A stretch of DNA of 64,000 nucleotides, taken from Candidatus Aceula meridiana (GTDB lineage Bacteria > Omnitrophota > Gorgyraeia > Zapsychrales > Aceulaceae). The stretch spans positions 251,538-315,537 of the forward strand of contig JAVCDE010000024.1 in assembly GCA_030765185.1 (NCBI GenBank), read 5' to 3'. How positions within the stretch are numbered: position 1 is the first letter of the stretch; every line of letters starts with the position of its first letter. Positions 30,592-41,698 of this stretch are shown one piece after another. The notes under the pieces were generated by a model. It ran no database searches. It saw only the letters and a program-made list of their open reading frames with translations, and was not told the origin of the DNA. Made by a program: the position numbers and the translations under genes.

Positions 30592-32601
30592 TTAGAATTC
30601 AAAACTTGCACCTCCCACATAGTTGCGCCCGGGTGCGGGATAAAATCCCATATCTCCTGCCCCGGAAGAATAGACTCCATAAGCATCGTGTTCGCGGTCA
30701 AACACATTCTTAACGCCAAACCAAACATCAATCCCCTTCCACTTGTAATCAACCTTAAAATCAAATGTAATAAACGAGTTTAACTTAGGCTGATTATTGT
30801 TCTGATCACTTATTGCAAAACGTTTATCAATCCACGCCAAAGAAATAGTTGTCTGCAGCCCGTCGAGAGGACTTACTGTCACACCAGAAGAAATTTTATT
30901 CTTAGGGACAAACGGTACTTTGTTCCCCCCGTACTCTCCTCCTTTAAAAAAAGCATCCTGCCAGGTCCAATGAATAAAAGGTTGAAAAAGCCCATCAAAA
31001 AAATCTGTTTTTCCCTCAACCTCAAACCCCCAATGGCGCGTCTTTGGCACATAATTAGAATTCTGAAAGGTTACAGGATCAAAATAAATTTCATTCTCAA
31101 TATCCATAAAGAAAAAATTGGCACCTGTCTTAACCCATGAAAAAGAAATATCTCGAATACCAAATTCATAATTATGGCCGACTTGATGCTTAAGGCTTGT
31201 GTTCAGCCCCCCTCCGCTACCCCACACATATTGCCACTTATTTTGATAGAATTCATCCGTAGCCGGAAGCCTCAACGATCGGCTGTAATCAAAATAAATT
31301 TGAGAATTCTTATTGTATTTGTATCCAAGCCCAAAATTCATTGACCCATCGGTGATAGATTTTCTTTCTTTATTCGCTACAACAGCGATTTGGTCAAACA
31401 GATATTCTGCCCGTGTTGCCCTTCCTCCGAAATTAATGAGAAACTTATCAAAAAGCTGCATCCTCTCTAAAGCGTAAAATTCATAAGTTTGTTTTATGAT
31501 ACCTGTAAAATCTTGAGCTGAGACCTGATTGCCAGAACGTACTTTATCTTTTGCGTAAAAAAAGTCGACCCCAGCGGTAAGATTGTTATTAAATCCTTCT
31601 TCCGCGCTGCTTTCTATCTCAAACTTTGGGCGTGATTCGATGCTTTGAATCTGATGAGATGTTTCATAATTTCCAAAGCTCGAGACATTAAGGCCCTTGT
31701 TATAGCGCTTACGATAAGAATTAAACCAAGAAAATTTTGCATCACTTCCCCCTATGTCAAAATCAATCTCAGGCTCAGCATTCACAAAAACATCAGACGT
31801 CCACCCTCGGTCATTGGCATGCGTCGTCCCTGTCCGGCCAACGGTTGCAATATCCGAGGCAAAGAGTGCACCCGGCTGACCATACTTGTCGCGATGGTAT
31901 CCAGAGGAAAAATTCAACGCAAAGCTGTCCGTTAAGCTTGTCGATAAATTTCCAAAATAATCATTAGCCCAGTAGTCTCCATTAGAACGATAACCGGATG
32001 TCTGCTCATGAGCATAACTCAAGAAATAATCCATATTCTTAAACGTTGAGCCATTGGAAATCATTTCCTTGTGATATTGATAACTTCCGACTTCTGTCCG
32101 TATTTTTGTGGGCGCGCTAGCATCACGATGCCCTTTTTTTGTGATGATGTTAATAACCCCGGCAGAAGCGTTGTCTCCATAAAGAACTGTTGATGCCCCT
32201 CTTAAAATTTCAACACGCTCAACAGAATCTAAACTTATTTGACCCCAATCTACACCGGATAGATCAACCTGATTGGTTCTTCTTCCATCCACTAAAACAA
32301 GAATATTGGCGTTACTAGTCTCACCAAATCCGCGAATATCAACACTAATACCTTTTGGATTATTTAATTGGTTATTAACAACAATCCCGCTGCGCGTATT
32401 AATAAGTTCCGGGATAGATGTTGCGCTCGATTTCTCAATATCATCAGAAGTAATAATACTCACGCCCTTGCTGATATCAGAAGCCAGAAGACTCGTGCGA
32501 CTCGTTAAGACATTGATAGTTCCTAAGTCTAAAAGCTCTTCAGCATGGACCGGCAAAGATATAAAAAATAAAAATCCAATGACGACAAAAACTCTTTTCA
32601 C
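30592..32601 (-). CDS. btuB: TonB-dependent receptor, probably cobalamin (BtuB-like)
   Basis: Signal peptide, plug LVLVDGRR...ERVEILRGASTVLYGDNASAGVINIITK, C-terminal GRNYVGGASFEF; preceded by a cobalamin riboswitch. Confidence 0.85.
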   Translation of the reverse strand: MKRVFVVIGFLFFISLPVHAEELLDLGTINVLTSRTSLLASDISKGVSIITSDDIEKSSATSIPELINTRSGIVVNNQLNNPKGISVDIRGFGETSNANILVLVDGRRTNQVDLSGVDWGQISLDSVERVEILRGASTVLYGDNASAGVINIITKKGHRDASAPTKIRTEVGSYQYHKEMISNGSTFKNMDYFLSYAHEQTSGYRSNGDYWANDYFGNLSTSLTDSFALNFSSGYHRDKYGQPGALFASDIATVGRTGTTHANDRGWTSDVFVNAEPEIDFDIGGSDAKFSWFNSYRKRYNKGLNVSSFGNYETSHQIQSIESRPKFEIESSAEEGFNNNLTAGVDFFYAKDKVRSGNQVSAQDFTGIIKQTYEFYALERMQLFDKFLINFGGRATRAEYLFDQIAVVANKERKSITDGSMNFGLGYKYNKNSQIYFDYSRSLRLPATDEFYQNKWQYVWGSGGGLNTSLKHQVGHNYEFGIRDISFSWVKTGANFFFMDIENEIYFDPVTFQNSNYVPKTRHWGFEVEGKTDFFDGLFQPFIHWTWQDAFFKGGEYGGNKVPFVPKNKISSGVTVSPLDGLQTTISLAWIDKRFAISDQNNNQPKLNSFITFDFKVDYKWKGIDVWFGVKNVFDREHDAYGVYSSGAGDMGFYPAPGRNYVGGASFEF

Positions 32602-32619
32602 TTTTTCCTCCTAAAATAA

Positions 32620-32658
32620 ATGCCCTCCCGGCCGCATACTTCGCAGCTGGGAGGGCAT
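32620..32658 (-). terminator. Riboswitch expression-platform terminator hairpin
   Basis: ATGCCCTCCCAGCTGC...GCGGCCGGGAGGGCAT followed by TTATTTT then the AGGAGG RBS on the minus strand. Confidence 0.75.
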
Positions 32659-32729
32659 CCTCGTTATAACTCTCAACTTTATATATTCTCTGCATTGTCC
32701 TTACGCAATACAGTTGAATAAAATTTAAT

Positions 32730-32848
32730 TCTTAGGATAAGGCATTCTGGCTCTTTTGATTTTTCAACCAAAATTACAGCAGCGGGACTGCTTCGGAATC
32801 TCACCGAATTTCCCTTATTAAGACCTAATAAATAGGCCACCTAAAAGT
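32730..32848 (-). ncRNA. Cobalamin riboswitch
   Basis: Minus strand AGGT...AAGGGAAATTCGGTGAGATTCCGAAGCAGTCCCGCTGCTGTAA...GAGCCAGAATGCCT matches the B12-element core and B12 box. Confidence 0.9.
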
Positions 32849-32850
32849 CT

Positions 32851-33348
32851 CTAAAGAACAAACGCCAAGCGTGTATTTTTAACGCGCGCAGCAATAATTT
32901 CATAAACTCCAAAAAGTGCAACGCTATAAACCAATGTGCTTGCCAGCGTAGAACGGAAAAATGGAATAGCCATCATATAGCAAGTGGTAAGGCCTTCAAA
33001 AGTTGGCGGATAATACCCGGCGAGCCAAAATCCAAAATTGGTCACAATAAAAAACACAACAGCAGAAACCAAACTTGTGCCTGCTATGCCAAGCCAATTC
33101 TTGTTCTTACGCAGCTTAAGCCCTAGCACTGATACCAAAATAAGGCTTCCCCAAGTAAAAAGCATCATAGAGTGTATCCCTAAAATAATATCTGTTACCA
33201 CCATCAAAAAAATAGGAAGTAAAAGAGCGTATTTTTTATCAAGATAAACACCGCCAAACAAAATAAGCGCAATGACAGGGGTAAAATTTGGCACATGTGC
33301 GATTACTCTCGCAAAAAAACCAAGAAGCAACAAAAATAAAACTAACAT
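32851..33348 (-). CDS. DUF6580-like membrane protein, putative solitary S-component-type vitamin transporter
   Basis: HVPNFTPVIALILFGG, FFIVTNFGFW, CYMMAIPFF motifs; multiple TM helices; RBS supports ATG 33348. Confidence 0.7.
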   Translation of the reverse strand: MLVLFLLLLGFFARVIAHVPNFTPVIALILFGGVYLDKKYALLLPIFLMVVTDIILGIHSMMLFTWGSLILVSVLGLKLRKNKNWLGIAGTSLVSAVVFFIVTNFGFWLAGYYPPTFEGLTTCYMMAIPFFRSTLASTLVYSVALFGVYEIIAARVKNTRLAFVL

Positions 33349-33426
33349 ATTATCTCCCTTTTTTAATTTTGTACTGATTATAGTGTCATCTAAAGATAAT
33401 CGCAACAAAAAAATGCCCAAACTCTT

Positions 33427-33807
33427 TTAAGCCGGCACCAACCACTCAATCTCATTTAAAAGTTTTTCAATAGAAAAAGGTTTTGTGATGTATCTCTCAG
33501 CTCCGACAACTTTTCCAATCAAGCGGTCAGCATCTTCCTGCACGGCCGTCAACATCAGAATCGGAGTCTCAAGATCATTATTTTCTCGTCTAATTTTTTT
33601 ACAAACAGCAAATCCGTTTAATTTTGGCATCTTCAAATCTAAAATAATTAAACTCGGCTTGCCCTTAAGGTATTTTTCGTAACCAGATTCTCCATCAAAC
33701 GCAAAATCAATTTCATATCCGGCACTCTCCAGTTCGCCTTTTAACAGAACGACAAGGTCTTCTTCATCATCGATAATTAATATTTTTTTCTTTAGGCTCT
33801 CGGTCAC
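33427..33807 (-). CDS. Single-domain response regulator
   Basis: IIDDE, LDLKMP, LTA, KPF; no output domain. Confidence 0.93.
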   Translation of the reverse strand: MTESLKKKILIIDDEEDLVVLLKGELESAGYEIDFAFDGESGYEKYLKGKPSLIILDLKMPKLNGFAVCKKIRRENNDLETPILMLTAVQEDADRLIGKVVGAERYITKPFSIEKLLNEIEWLVPA

Positions 33808-33821
33808 TTTTATGTCCTTTC

Positions 33822-36632
33822 TTAAGATTTTATAGGAAAGGTTACTGTAAATTTTGTCCCCTTGCCTACTTCACTCTCAACTTTTATATCCGCGCTATGT
33901 CGCTGCAAAACCATATAAGAAATACTTAACCCCAAACCGGTTCCCTTTCCTTCTTCTTTAGTTGTAAAAAATGGCTCAAAAATTCTTGAAGCGACATCCG
34001 GAGGCATGCCTTCGCCATTATCTTCAACTTCAATGATAAGCTTCTCTTGAAATGTTTTTTCATCTATTTTTTTATTCGCCCTAATAGTAATTGTTCCTCT
34101 TCTTTTAATGGCATCTGCCGCATTTGCAAACAAATTGAAAAAAACCTGCTCCATTAAAATTTTATCTGCCATAACTTCAACTGTCTGACTCGGATATTCT
34201 TTTTTAAAAACAATTTTTTGTGTTGAAAAAGCTGTCTTGGCGAAAGAAACCGAATCATCTAAAATCTCTTGAATAGAAACATGACCTAGTCGAACTTCCG
34301 TATCGCGCGAAAGACTCAAAAGATCCGTAATAACTCTATTAGCTCGCTCAGCCGCATTTCGAATCATGCCGAGATGCTCTTTTTCTTGCTTATCAAGCCC
34401 AGAAACTTTTTTCAACAAAACATTAGCCCCTAAAAGAATAATCGCTAAAGGATTCTTAACTTCATGGGCAACACCTGCGGAAAACTGACCAACAGCAACC
34501 ATCTTCTCAGATTGGAGAAGCTGATCTTGTGTTCCTCGAAGCTCTTTATTGATAGCTTGAAGGTCTAAATACATTTTTTCCAATTGTTGCTCAGCCTCTT
34601 TACGCCTAGAAATATCTGTCCCGATGCAAAGAATCTCTTCTTGTCCCTGCTTATTAATAATTCGTCGATTGGTCCAGGCAATCCAAACTCTTTTTTCGTC
34701 TCTCCGAATATTTTGATTTTCATTCAAAGAATGTTCCTCCGGCTCCATGCAAATCGCCTCTATAATTTCTTTCAAATTTCTTCCACCGTCTTCTTTTAAA
34801 GGGACAATCGTTCCTACAACATTTTTTCCAAGAATTTCTTTCTCGCTAAACCCAAAGAAATGCTGAGCATATTCATTAAAAAAGGTAACATTTCCTTCCT
34901 TGCTCATTCGCAAAATAATACTGTTTGCGTTTTGAACAAGCTCTCGATATTTTTCTTCACTTGTGCGTAAGTCTTCTTCAACTTTAATACGCTCAATAAC
35001 ACCTCCAAAGCTAGATGTAATAACCTCAACAGCGTGCCGAGTTCTTAAAGGCGTGTCTTGGTGCATGTGCGATGCAAGATTTAGGACAGCAACGACCTTG
35101 CCTCTATCGTGGATTGGAACAACAGCCATTGCACGCAAACCTTCTCTTTGGCGAGCTAAATTTATCTCTAGACTAATCTCAGTATGAGACTTATAGAGTG
35201 GCCTTCCCTCAAAAACAAGCTTAGCCTGCGGAGATTGAAAGTCATATTGAACACTCGTCTTAACAAATTCTAAATCAAGGCCTCGGTGAGCCACTAAAAC
35301 CAAAGCTTGCTTCTGCTCATCAACGATGTAAACCCCTCCGGAATCAAAACCTTCAATCTTTAGAGCTGCATCTAAAAGATGCGCAACAGCTTCTTTTAAA
35401 TCATGTGTTGAAGAAAGAGCAATCCCTAAATCTTTCTGAATAGTCATAACCTTTTCAGAGCGTCTTCTTTCCGTGACGTCTTCTCCAGAGCTCAAAACCC
35501 CAACCACCTTGCCTTCCTTGTCTTTTAGAAGGCAATTGTTCCATAAAATAACTCTCTCTTCTTGTTTTTTTGTTACAATCGGATTTTCATGATATCTTAA
35601 AAGCTCTGTTTCCCCGGTCATCAAGCGACCATGAACCTCCCTTACTTGGTTAACAGACTTATGAGGCAAAAAACGACTAAACCAATTTTTTCCAATAATC
35701 TCGTCTTTCGAATATCCTAGAATTTCACACCCACGTTCATTGATAAGAATAACATCACCCTTAGTATCTAATGCCATCATCATAATCCCGGCGACATCCA
35801 AATACTGCTGCGCCCTATTTTTTTCTTGACGCAAATCTTCTTCAATCTTTTTGCGACGATCAATCTCATTATTTAAATCATCACGAGAAGCTGTAATCTT
35901 TTTTAGATTTGATGCCATCACATTAAACGCAGAAGCCAAATCTCCTATTTCATCATGAGTTCCTAAATCAATCTGATAATCCAAATTCCCCTTGCCGATA
36001 AGTGAAACACCTTCGGTAAGTTTTTGAATAGGGCCTAAAATTCCAAAACTAAAAAACCAATAAACCAAAAAACTTGCAACGGCTGCTACGACGAGGGCTA
36101 AGACGATATAGAAATTGCGAAGGCGCAAAACTTCATCATAAATAATTCTAGAATCAACCCCGATACGCAGATAACCGGCAATGTCGCTATTTGACCCAAA
36201 AAGAGGAACAGAATAATCATAAACAACACCCGTCCCTTTAAGAAAATAACGCTGAGAAAAAGGCTTAGAAGAATTTAAGACATTTTGTGTAACAGAATCT
36301 GTGTACGTCTTAAGCCGCTGCTGAAGGTCGTTATGATAAAAAACCTTTCCTGCCTTATCAGTAATAAAGCAATAACGCCCATAAGGGATTGAAACGACCA
36401 TCTTCTTACATTCCTGACTTAAGCCTCTGAGCTCTCCAATATTAAGCCCGAGCTCGGTCACGTCTTCAATCAGTACTTTTAGCCCATCGGCCTGGGCAAA
36501 AATTCTTTCCCCAACAGTCTTTTCATAAGAGTGGACAAAATGATGAAAGGCAATAAGCGTTCCGACAGAGCACGCCGTCAAAACAACAACGATTGTAATG
36601 AGGATAAATTTTGTTTGAATTTTAAGGCGCAT
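33822..36632 (-). CDS. Sensor histidine kinase (TM-periplasmic-HAMP-PAS-GAF-PAS-HisKA-HATPase)
   Basis: [15 protein letters not shown], two [18 protein letters not shown]-box, GTGLGL. Confidence 0.93.
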   Translation of the reverse strand: MRLKIQTKFILITIVVVLTACSVGTLIAFHHFVHSYEKTVGERIFAQADGLKVLIEDVTELGLNIGELRGLSQECKKMVVSIPYGRYCFITDKAGKVFYHNDLQQRLKTYTDSVTQNVLNSSKPFSQRYFLKGTGVVYDYSVPLFGSNSDIAGYLRIGVDSRIIYDEVLRLRNFYIVLALVVAAVASFLVYWFFSFGILGPIQKLTEGVSLIGKGNLDYQIDLGTHDEIGDLASAFNVMASNLKKITASRDDLNNEIDRRKKIEEDLRQEKNRAQQYLDVAGIMMMALDTKGDVILINERGCEILGYSKDEIIGKNWFSRFLPHKSVNQVREVHGRLMTGETELLRYHENPIVTKKQEERVILWNNCLLKDKEGKVVGVLSSGEDVTERRRSEKVMTIQKDLGIALSSTHDLKEAVAHLLDAALKIEGFDSGGVYIVDEQKQALVLVAHRGLDLEFVKTSVQYDFQSPQAKLVFEGRPLYKSHTEISLEINLARQREGLRAMAVVPIHDRGKVVAVLNLASHMHQDTPLRTRHAVEVITSSFGGVIERIKVEEDLRTSEEKYRELVQNANSIILRMSKEGNVTFFNEYAQHFFGFSEKEILGKNVVGTIVPLKEDGGRNLKEIIEAICMEPEEHSLNENQNIRRDEKRVWIAWTNRRIINKQGQEEILCIGTDISRRKEAEQQLEKMYLDLQAINKELRGTQDQLLQSEKMVAVGQFSAGVAHEVKNPLAIILLGANVLLKKVSGLDKQEKEHLGMIRNAAERANRVITDLLSLSRDTEVRLGHVSIQEILDDSVSFAKTAFSTQKIVFKKEYPSQTVEVMADKILMEQVFFNLFANAADAIKRRGTITIRANKKIDEKTFQEKLIIEVEDNGEGMPPDVASRIFEPFFTTKEEGKGTGLGLSISYMVLQRHSADIKVESEVGKGTKFTVTFPIKS

Positions 36633-36708
36633 ATTCCTTGATCCTTAAAAGGATAAATGAGAGCTTGCCCTCATTTGACCCCTTACGGGGTAATAAGGAG
36701 CCAGCTCC

Positions 36709-37701
36709 TTATTTTATAATTCGGCTTGCTGTTCGCAAAACCTGGATAGGAATTGTTATTCCCATCTTATGAGCCGCGTTAAGATTAATGACCAATAAAT
36801 ATTTTTGATCTACTGTTATAGGCATATGACCCGGGGGTACACTAGATTTTAAAATTTTATAGGCCTTTTCCCCTGCCATTGCCCCGATATTCTTGAAATC
36901 CATCCCAAGCGAAATTAACGCTCCAGCAGAAAGAAGATGGGTTAAAGATGTATACGTGGGGATGCTGGACCTAAGACCAATATCAACCATGCCCTTGCCA
37001 TAACGCGCTAAGGAAGTATCTTGGAGCGCGATAAGAACCTCTACTTTATCAACAATTTTCTTTGTGGCCTGTGCAACTTCATGCTCGCTTCGGCAATCTG
37101 GAGAAACAGAAGCTGTCAGAATATTTAAATTAAGTTCTTTGGCAGCAGCTTGAAAATCTTGAAGTTGGATTTCAGCGTTCGGCTCATCCCTAGTGTAAAC
37201 AATGCCCAGCGTTCTAACAAAAGGAAAAATCTTTAAAATCGTTTTAAGCTGTGCGTAAGCCGGAACCTCGCAATGAGTTCCGGTAACATTTTCCTCTCTT
37301 CTTGCGAGACTCTTAACAACTCCGGCTTTGACAGGAGCAGCTACGGCGCTGAAAACAATAGGCACTTTTGAAGAATATTGAATGGCGGGTATTGTACTGC
37401 GCGTTCCTGTTGTAAAAATAAGGTCCACTTTATCTTCCTCGACAAAACGCTTGAGGCCTTTTTGATACGACTCAAGATCTCCGTAAGCATCTAAAAGTTT
37501 AAAATGAACATGAAAATCCATTTTTTCCTCTAAGACACTTACAAAAGCTGTTCGCGCTGCGTGATAATCAGCATTATCCTTTAAAACGGCAAGGCCTACA
37601 GTAAGCTCAGGAGAAGCTTCTCCTGTGGGGTGTGAAAAACTTTGAGGAGCCACTAAGGCAAGCAAAAGATTGATACTAATAAAAATATTAAATAGTTTCA
37701 T
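36709..37701 (-). CDS. ABC_sub_bind-type periplasmic substrate-binding protein with no adjacent permease
   Basis: VPIVFSAVAAPVKAG, NVTG, LVINLNAAHKMGITIP motifs; signal peptide. Confidence 0.85.
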   Translation of the reverse strand: MKLFNIFISINLLLALVAPQSFSHPTGEASPELTVGLAVLKDNADYHAARTAFVSVLEEKMDFHVHFKLLDAYGDLESYQKGLKRFVEEDKVDLIFTTGTRSTIPAIQYSSKVPIVFSAVAAPVKAGVVKSLARREENVTGTHCEVPAYAQLKTILKIFPFVRTLGIVYTRDEPNAEIQLQDFQAAAKELNLNILTASVSPDCRSEHEVAQATKKIVDKVEVLIALQDTSLARYGKGMVDIGLRSSIPTYTSLTHLLSAGALISLGMDFKNIGAMAGEKAYKILKSSVPPGHMPITVDQKYLLVINLNAAHKMGITIPIQVLRTASRIIK

Positions 37702-37816
37702 TTTTTTAATGAATAGATTGAAGTTAGAATAATTTATTATACCGCAAAATAAAAAAGGAGAGGATTATTTTTTAGAGAGATAAGACAGCATCTCTCTTGA
37801 GAGTAATAGAAGAATT

Positions 37817-38716
37817 TTATGTTTCTTTGAACATTCCTTTAACAAAGCCTTCTGCGCGTTGAAATAGCTGAGTTTCTCCATCGTAAAGAAGAACAGAAAT
37901 ATCTTTACCGACAATGCTATTTTTAATTTTACGCAATTCATTGCCGCCATAAACGGCAATAGGAATACCTCTTAAACGCGACATCCCCTGCAATAGATCA
38001 ATAAGTTGATTCGCCGGCATGCCGCAAAAAACATTTTTAATTAAAATAAGGTCAGGAAGATACCCTACCGCTTCTTCAAGGCATTTTGACGGAGTCAACG
38101 TAATCCGCGTAAAACAATTAATTTTAAAAAATATCTGCTGCAATTTGTTGTGAATGCGGGGATCGTCCTCACCTAAAAGAATCTTCCAAGTCCTTTTTAT
38201 CTTTTCAGCTTCAATGCTTGGAACAGTAGCCCCACCGCCTGAAGCATGAACCATATCAGAGTTTAAGACCCCTTCTGCCTGTGAAGAAATTTTAATCTTT
38301 GGCCTTAATGGTGCTCCCGGTTTTGCCTCTTTTTTTGCTTCATCGGAATTACAAGGCGCTAAAACTTTCTCTATTTTTGCGATGAGCTCCGCCATTTTAA
38401 AAGGTTTTTCGATAAAACCATCCACCTCAACCATTTCAAAGTAATCTTTCATATTGGCGTGTGCCGTTACAACGATAAAAGGAATATTTTTTCCAAAAGC
38501 CGATGACCGTAACAACTTTAAAAGATCATTGCCGCTTTGCCCCGGCATCACAACATCAGAAACAACGATATCCGGCATTTCATCATGCGCCATTACAAAA
38601 GCCCCTTCTCCGCTTGAGGCCTGGCACACTTCAAACCCATGTTTTTCCAATGCCGCAGCAACTATCTCTCTTAAGCTCGTTTCATCTTCGGCTAAAAGAA
38701 TCTTTTTCTTTTCCAT
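37817..38716 (-). CDS. Tandem receiver protein (canonical REC plus pseudo-receiver)
   Basis: REC1 AEDE/SDVVMP/KPF; REC2 GEDD but PDLILIKN lacks the phospho-Asp. Confidence 0.8.
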   Translation of the reverse strand: MEKKKILLAEDETSLREIVAAALEKHGFEVCQASSGEGAFVMAHDEMPDIVVSDVVMPGQSGNDLLKLLRSSAFGKNIPFIVVTAHANMKDYFEMVEVDGFIEKPFKMAELIAKIEKVLAPCNSDEAKKEAKPGAPLRPKIKISSQAEGVLNSDMVHASGGGATVPSIEAEKIKRTWKILLGEDDPRIHNKLQQIFFKINCFTRITLTPSKCLEEAVGYLPDLILIKNVFCGMPANQLIDLLQGMSRLRGIPIAVYGGNELRKIKNSIVGKDISVLLYDGETQLFQRAEGFVKGMFKET

Positions 38717-38721
38717 ATGAT

Positions 38722-39174
38722 TTAAAATTCTCCTAAAACACGGTGAACGATTTCTTCCAAATCCTTTTTAGAAAATGGCTTTCCTAAAAAATCAACAGCG
38801 CCAAACGTTTTTGCAACCATCTGCCTGTCTTGATAAGAAATTTTTCCCTTCTCATCCAACCGTAGTTTTTCGAATTCCTTGATATCCGCATACGGCATGG
38901 ATGTTGCTCCTCCGGAACCGCTGATAATAACAATCGGGATATCTTTTGTTTTTGGATCTTCTTTAAGCAACCGTAAAACGCTCTCCCCTCTCATTTTGGG
39001 CATCACATAATCAAGAAAAACTAAATCCGGATTTTGCTCAACGACAAGGTCTCTACCGGAGACCCCATCATACGCTGTTAAAATTTCAACATCGCCCATC
39101 TTTTGAAGAACCTCTTTCATCAATTCACAGAAAGCTTTTTCATCATCAATGATAATAATTTTCTTTTTGCCCAT
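38722..39174 (-). CDS. Single-domain response regulator with insertion
   Basis: IIDDE, LDYVMP, KPF; extra ~25 aa after IISG. Confidence 0.88.
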   Translation of the reverse strand: MGKKKIIIIDDEKAFCELMKEVLQKMGDVEILTAYDGVSGRDLVVEQNPDLVFLDYVMPKMRGESVLRLLKEDPKTKDIPIVIISGSGGATSMPYADIKEFEKLRLDEKGKISYQDRQMVAKTFGAVDFLGKPFSKKDLEEIVHRVLGEF

Positions 39175-39211
39175 AAAATACCTCTTTTAAAATTTTAAGT
39201 TTAAAAAATCT

Positions 39212-41653
39212 CTACACCCTAGCGCCCAATGGAAAAGTTACAAAAAAAGTTGTCCCTTTGCCAATCTCACTTTTGACAGAAATTTCTCCGCTGTGCCGCT
39301 CCATAATCTTATAAGCGGTACTTAACCCTAAGCCTGTCCCTTTGCCTTGTTCTTTGGTTGTAAAAAATGGATCGAAAATCCTTTTTTGAGCTTGCTCAGA
39401 AATTCCGCTGCCTGTATCAGAGATCTCAACGACAGCCTTCTGTTCGCTTATTTTTGTTTTGATCATAATCGTTCCAGATTCTTCAATAGAATCAACGGCG
39501 TTGGAAATAATATTAAAAACCACTTGGCCTATAAGGATATCGTTTCCTTTAATCAATATTCTTTCATTAGCATACTGACTCACAAATTCGATCTCTTTAT
39601 TTTTACAAGATTGCTTTACCATAAAAATAACGCCATCTAAAGACTTGTGAATATCAACGTCACTGCGTTTTTCTTCCGAAGACCTTGCAAATTCTAAAAG
39701 CTCTTTGACAACCCGATTAGCCCTATTTGCGGCATCCACAATAAGATCAAAATGTTTTTTTGTTTCCTCGCTAAACCCTTTCTCCTCATCCTTAATCAAA
39801 TCTGCACTTAATAAAATAATGGCTAAAGGATTTTTAACCTGATGCGCCACGCCCGCCGACAGTTGGCCGACAGCTGCCATTTTTTCGCTCTGCAAAAGTT
39901 GATCTTGCGCCTCTCTAAGCTCTTTATTTGTTTCTTGCATATCGCGAAGCATATTTTTTAAAGCCCTCTCGCTGTCGTACAATTCTTTATTCGCTCTTGC
40001 TAGCTCCTTCTCTGATTTCTTTTCTTCTGTCAAATCTCTCCAAAGGCAATGGAGCAAGGTTTTACCTTTATAGGAAACAGGGGTAAGCGAAACCTCAAGA
40101 GGAAAATCTTCACCTGTTTTCTTACGATGCGTCCATTCAAACCGATGAAACCCACTCTCAAAGGCAATCCGCATCATCTCATTGGCTTTTTCAAAGGACT
40201 TTTGGCCATCAGGCTGGTTAGGCGGTGACAATTCCGAAGGATGGGTCATCAAAAAATCCTCGCGGGTGGAATATCCAAGCATCCGCGCCGTAGCTTCATT
40301 GGCATCTACAAACTTCTCAGAATCAATCAGAAGAATAGCATCCTGTGCAGAATGCAAAACATCCATAAAACGTTTTTCGCTCTGGTAAAAATCTTCCTGG
40401 GCTTTTTTACGTTGCTCTATTTCTTTTTGTAGATCATCACGCGAAACAGTAACTCCTTTTAAGTCCACCACCATCTGATTAAATGATTGCGCAAGTTCTC
40501 CAATCTCACCTTTTGGATCAATATCTATTTTTACGCCCAAATTGCCTTTTCCGATTTGAGCTGTTGCAGCTTTCATCTTTGAGATAGCACGAACCAAGGG
40601 GAGAAACATAAACAATCCAACGCCAACAACTAATGCCAAAACAACAAAAGCTGCCTTTAAAAGAGTGTCTCTCAGCTCCTTAATTGGTAAAAATATTTCC
40701 TTCGCATCATATTCCATGATTAAAACCCAGCCGAGGCCTTTAAACTTTCGATAGCCTCTTGAATGTGCATGAGCAAATAATTTGACTTTATGGTCTACGC
40801 TATCCTCTTTAACTTCCCATAAAACATGCTGTTTGCCCTCCGCATGTCCGAAGATTGAATCAAGGGGATGCAAAGAATTCTCGCCAAGAAACTTTTTGGC
40901 GTTGTTATAAATTATCCTTCCCTCTTTAGAAACTAGTTCAACGCCAAGGCTTTTGCTCTTAATATTCTTTTTTGATTCTTCAATGATTTGCCCAACTCCT
41001 TCTAGATTCTCGACTGCTTTGATTATCCCTAAAAAATTTCCGTTTTCGTCACTAATCCTTACGCACAAATCAATAGAAAAAAAACCAGAACTCTCATCGT
41101 ATCCAATATCGCTCACATAGGATCCTTCTTCCTTGGCTTGGGTCCACCACTGTTCATCCGCCTGATAATAATCTGATGTCTTGTCTGTTTGCGCAATATT
41201 GACCCCATATTTATTTGTAACAATAATCTCGCCAAAAACAGGATAACCATACCTCTCTTTTTGAAAATCTAGAAGAACTCTTAAATTTTGGGATAACGGA
41301 GTGTTGATTATTTTTTCCATAAAAGGGGTTATCGTCTCTTTTTTTTCTGAAGCCCACGCCTTGTCGTTCTCAAGAATATAATCTTGTTTTTTTTCAATCT
41401 TGCTAAAAGCGTCATTCTCTTTTTGGAGCATCCTTTTTAAGAATAAATCTTCAAAGTACAGCGATACCTCCTCAAGCCTAAAATAAATCAGTTGATCAAT
41501 CTTGTCCAATGCCTGCTGGGCAATGACCGCAGAATTCTGTCCGATAGACTCTTGTAAAGTTGTTTGGCTTTTACGAAGAGCAAAAAATCCTCCTGTTGTT
41601 CCTAACAAGACGATTAAAAAAAGCATAAGAATTAACTTAAAGAGTGCTCTCAC
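39212..41653 (-). CDS. Sensor histidine kinase (Cache-HAMP-PAS-HisKA-HATPase)
   Basis: SDYYQADEQWW Cache motif, EIGELAQSFNQM HAMP, AHQVKNPL, GTGLGL. Confidence 0.92.
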   Translation of the reverse strand: MRALFKLILMLFLIVLLGTTGGFFALRKSQTTLQESIGQNSAVIAQQALDKIDQLIYFRLEEVSLYFEDLFLKRMLQKENDAFSKIEKKQDYILENDKAWASEKKETITPFMEKIINTPLSQNLRVLLDFQKERYGYPVFGEIIVTNKYGVNIAQTDKTSDYYQADEQWWTQAKEEGSYVSDIGYDESSGFFSIDLCVRISDENGNFLGIIKAVENLEGVGQIIEESKKNIKSKSLGVELVSKEGRIIYNNAKKFLGENSLHPLDSIFGHAEGKQHVLWEVKEDSVDHKVKLFAHAHSRGYRKFKGLGWVLIMEYDAKEIFLPIKELRDTLLKAAFVVLALVVGVGLFMFLPLVRAISKMKAATAQIGKGNLGVKIDIDPKGEIGELAQSFNQMVVDLKGVTVSRDDLQKEIEQRKKAQEDFYQSEKRFMDVLHSAQDAILLIDSEKFVDANEATARMLGYSTREDFLMTHPSELSPPNQPDGQKSFEKANEMMRIAFESGFHRFEWTHRKKTGEDFPLEVSLTPVSYKGKTLLHCLWRDLTEEKKSEKELARANKELYDSERALKNMLRDMQETNKELREAQDQLLQSEKMAAVGQLSAGVAHQVKNPLAIILLSADLIKDEEKGFSEETKKHFDLIVDAANRANRVVKELLEFARSSEEKRSDVDIHKSLDGVIFMVKQSCKNKEIEFVSQYANERILIKGNDILIGQVVFNIISNAVDSIEESGTIMIKTKISEQKAVVEISDTGSGISEQAQKRIFDPFFTTKEQGKGTGLGLSTAYKIMERHSGEISVKSEIGKGTTFFVTFPLGARV

Positions 41654-41698
41654 TTATTTTTTTCCTCTTCTTATATACATTTTCGTTTTATAAAACAT

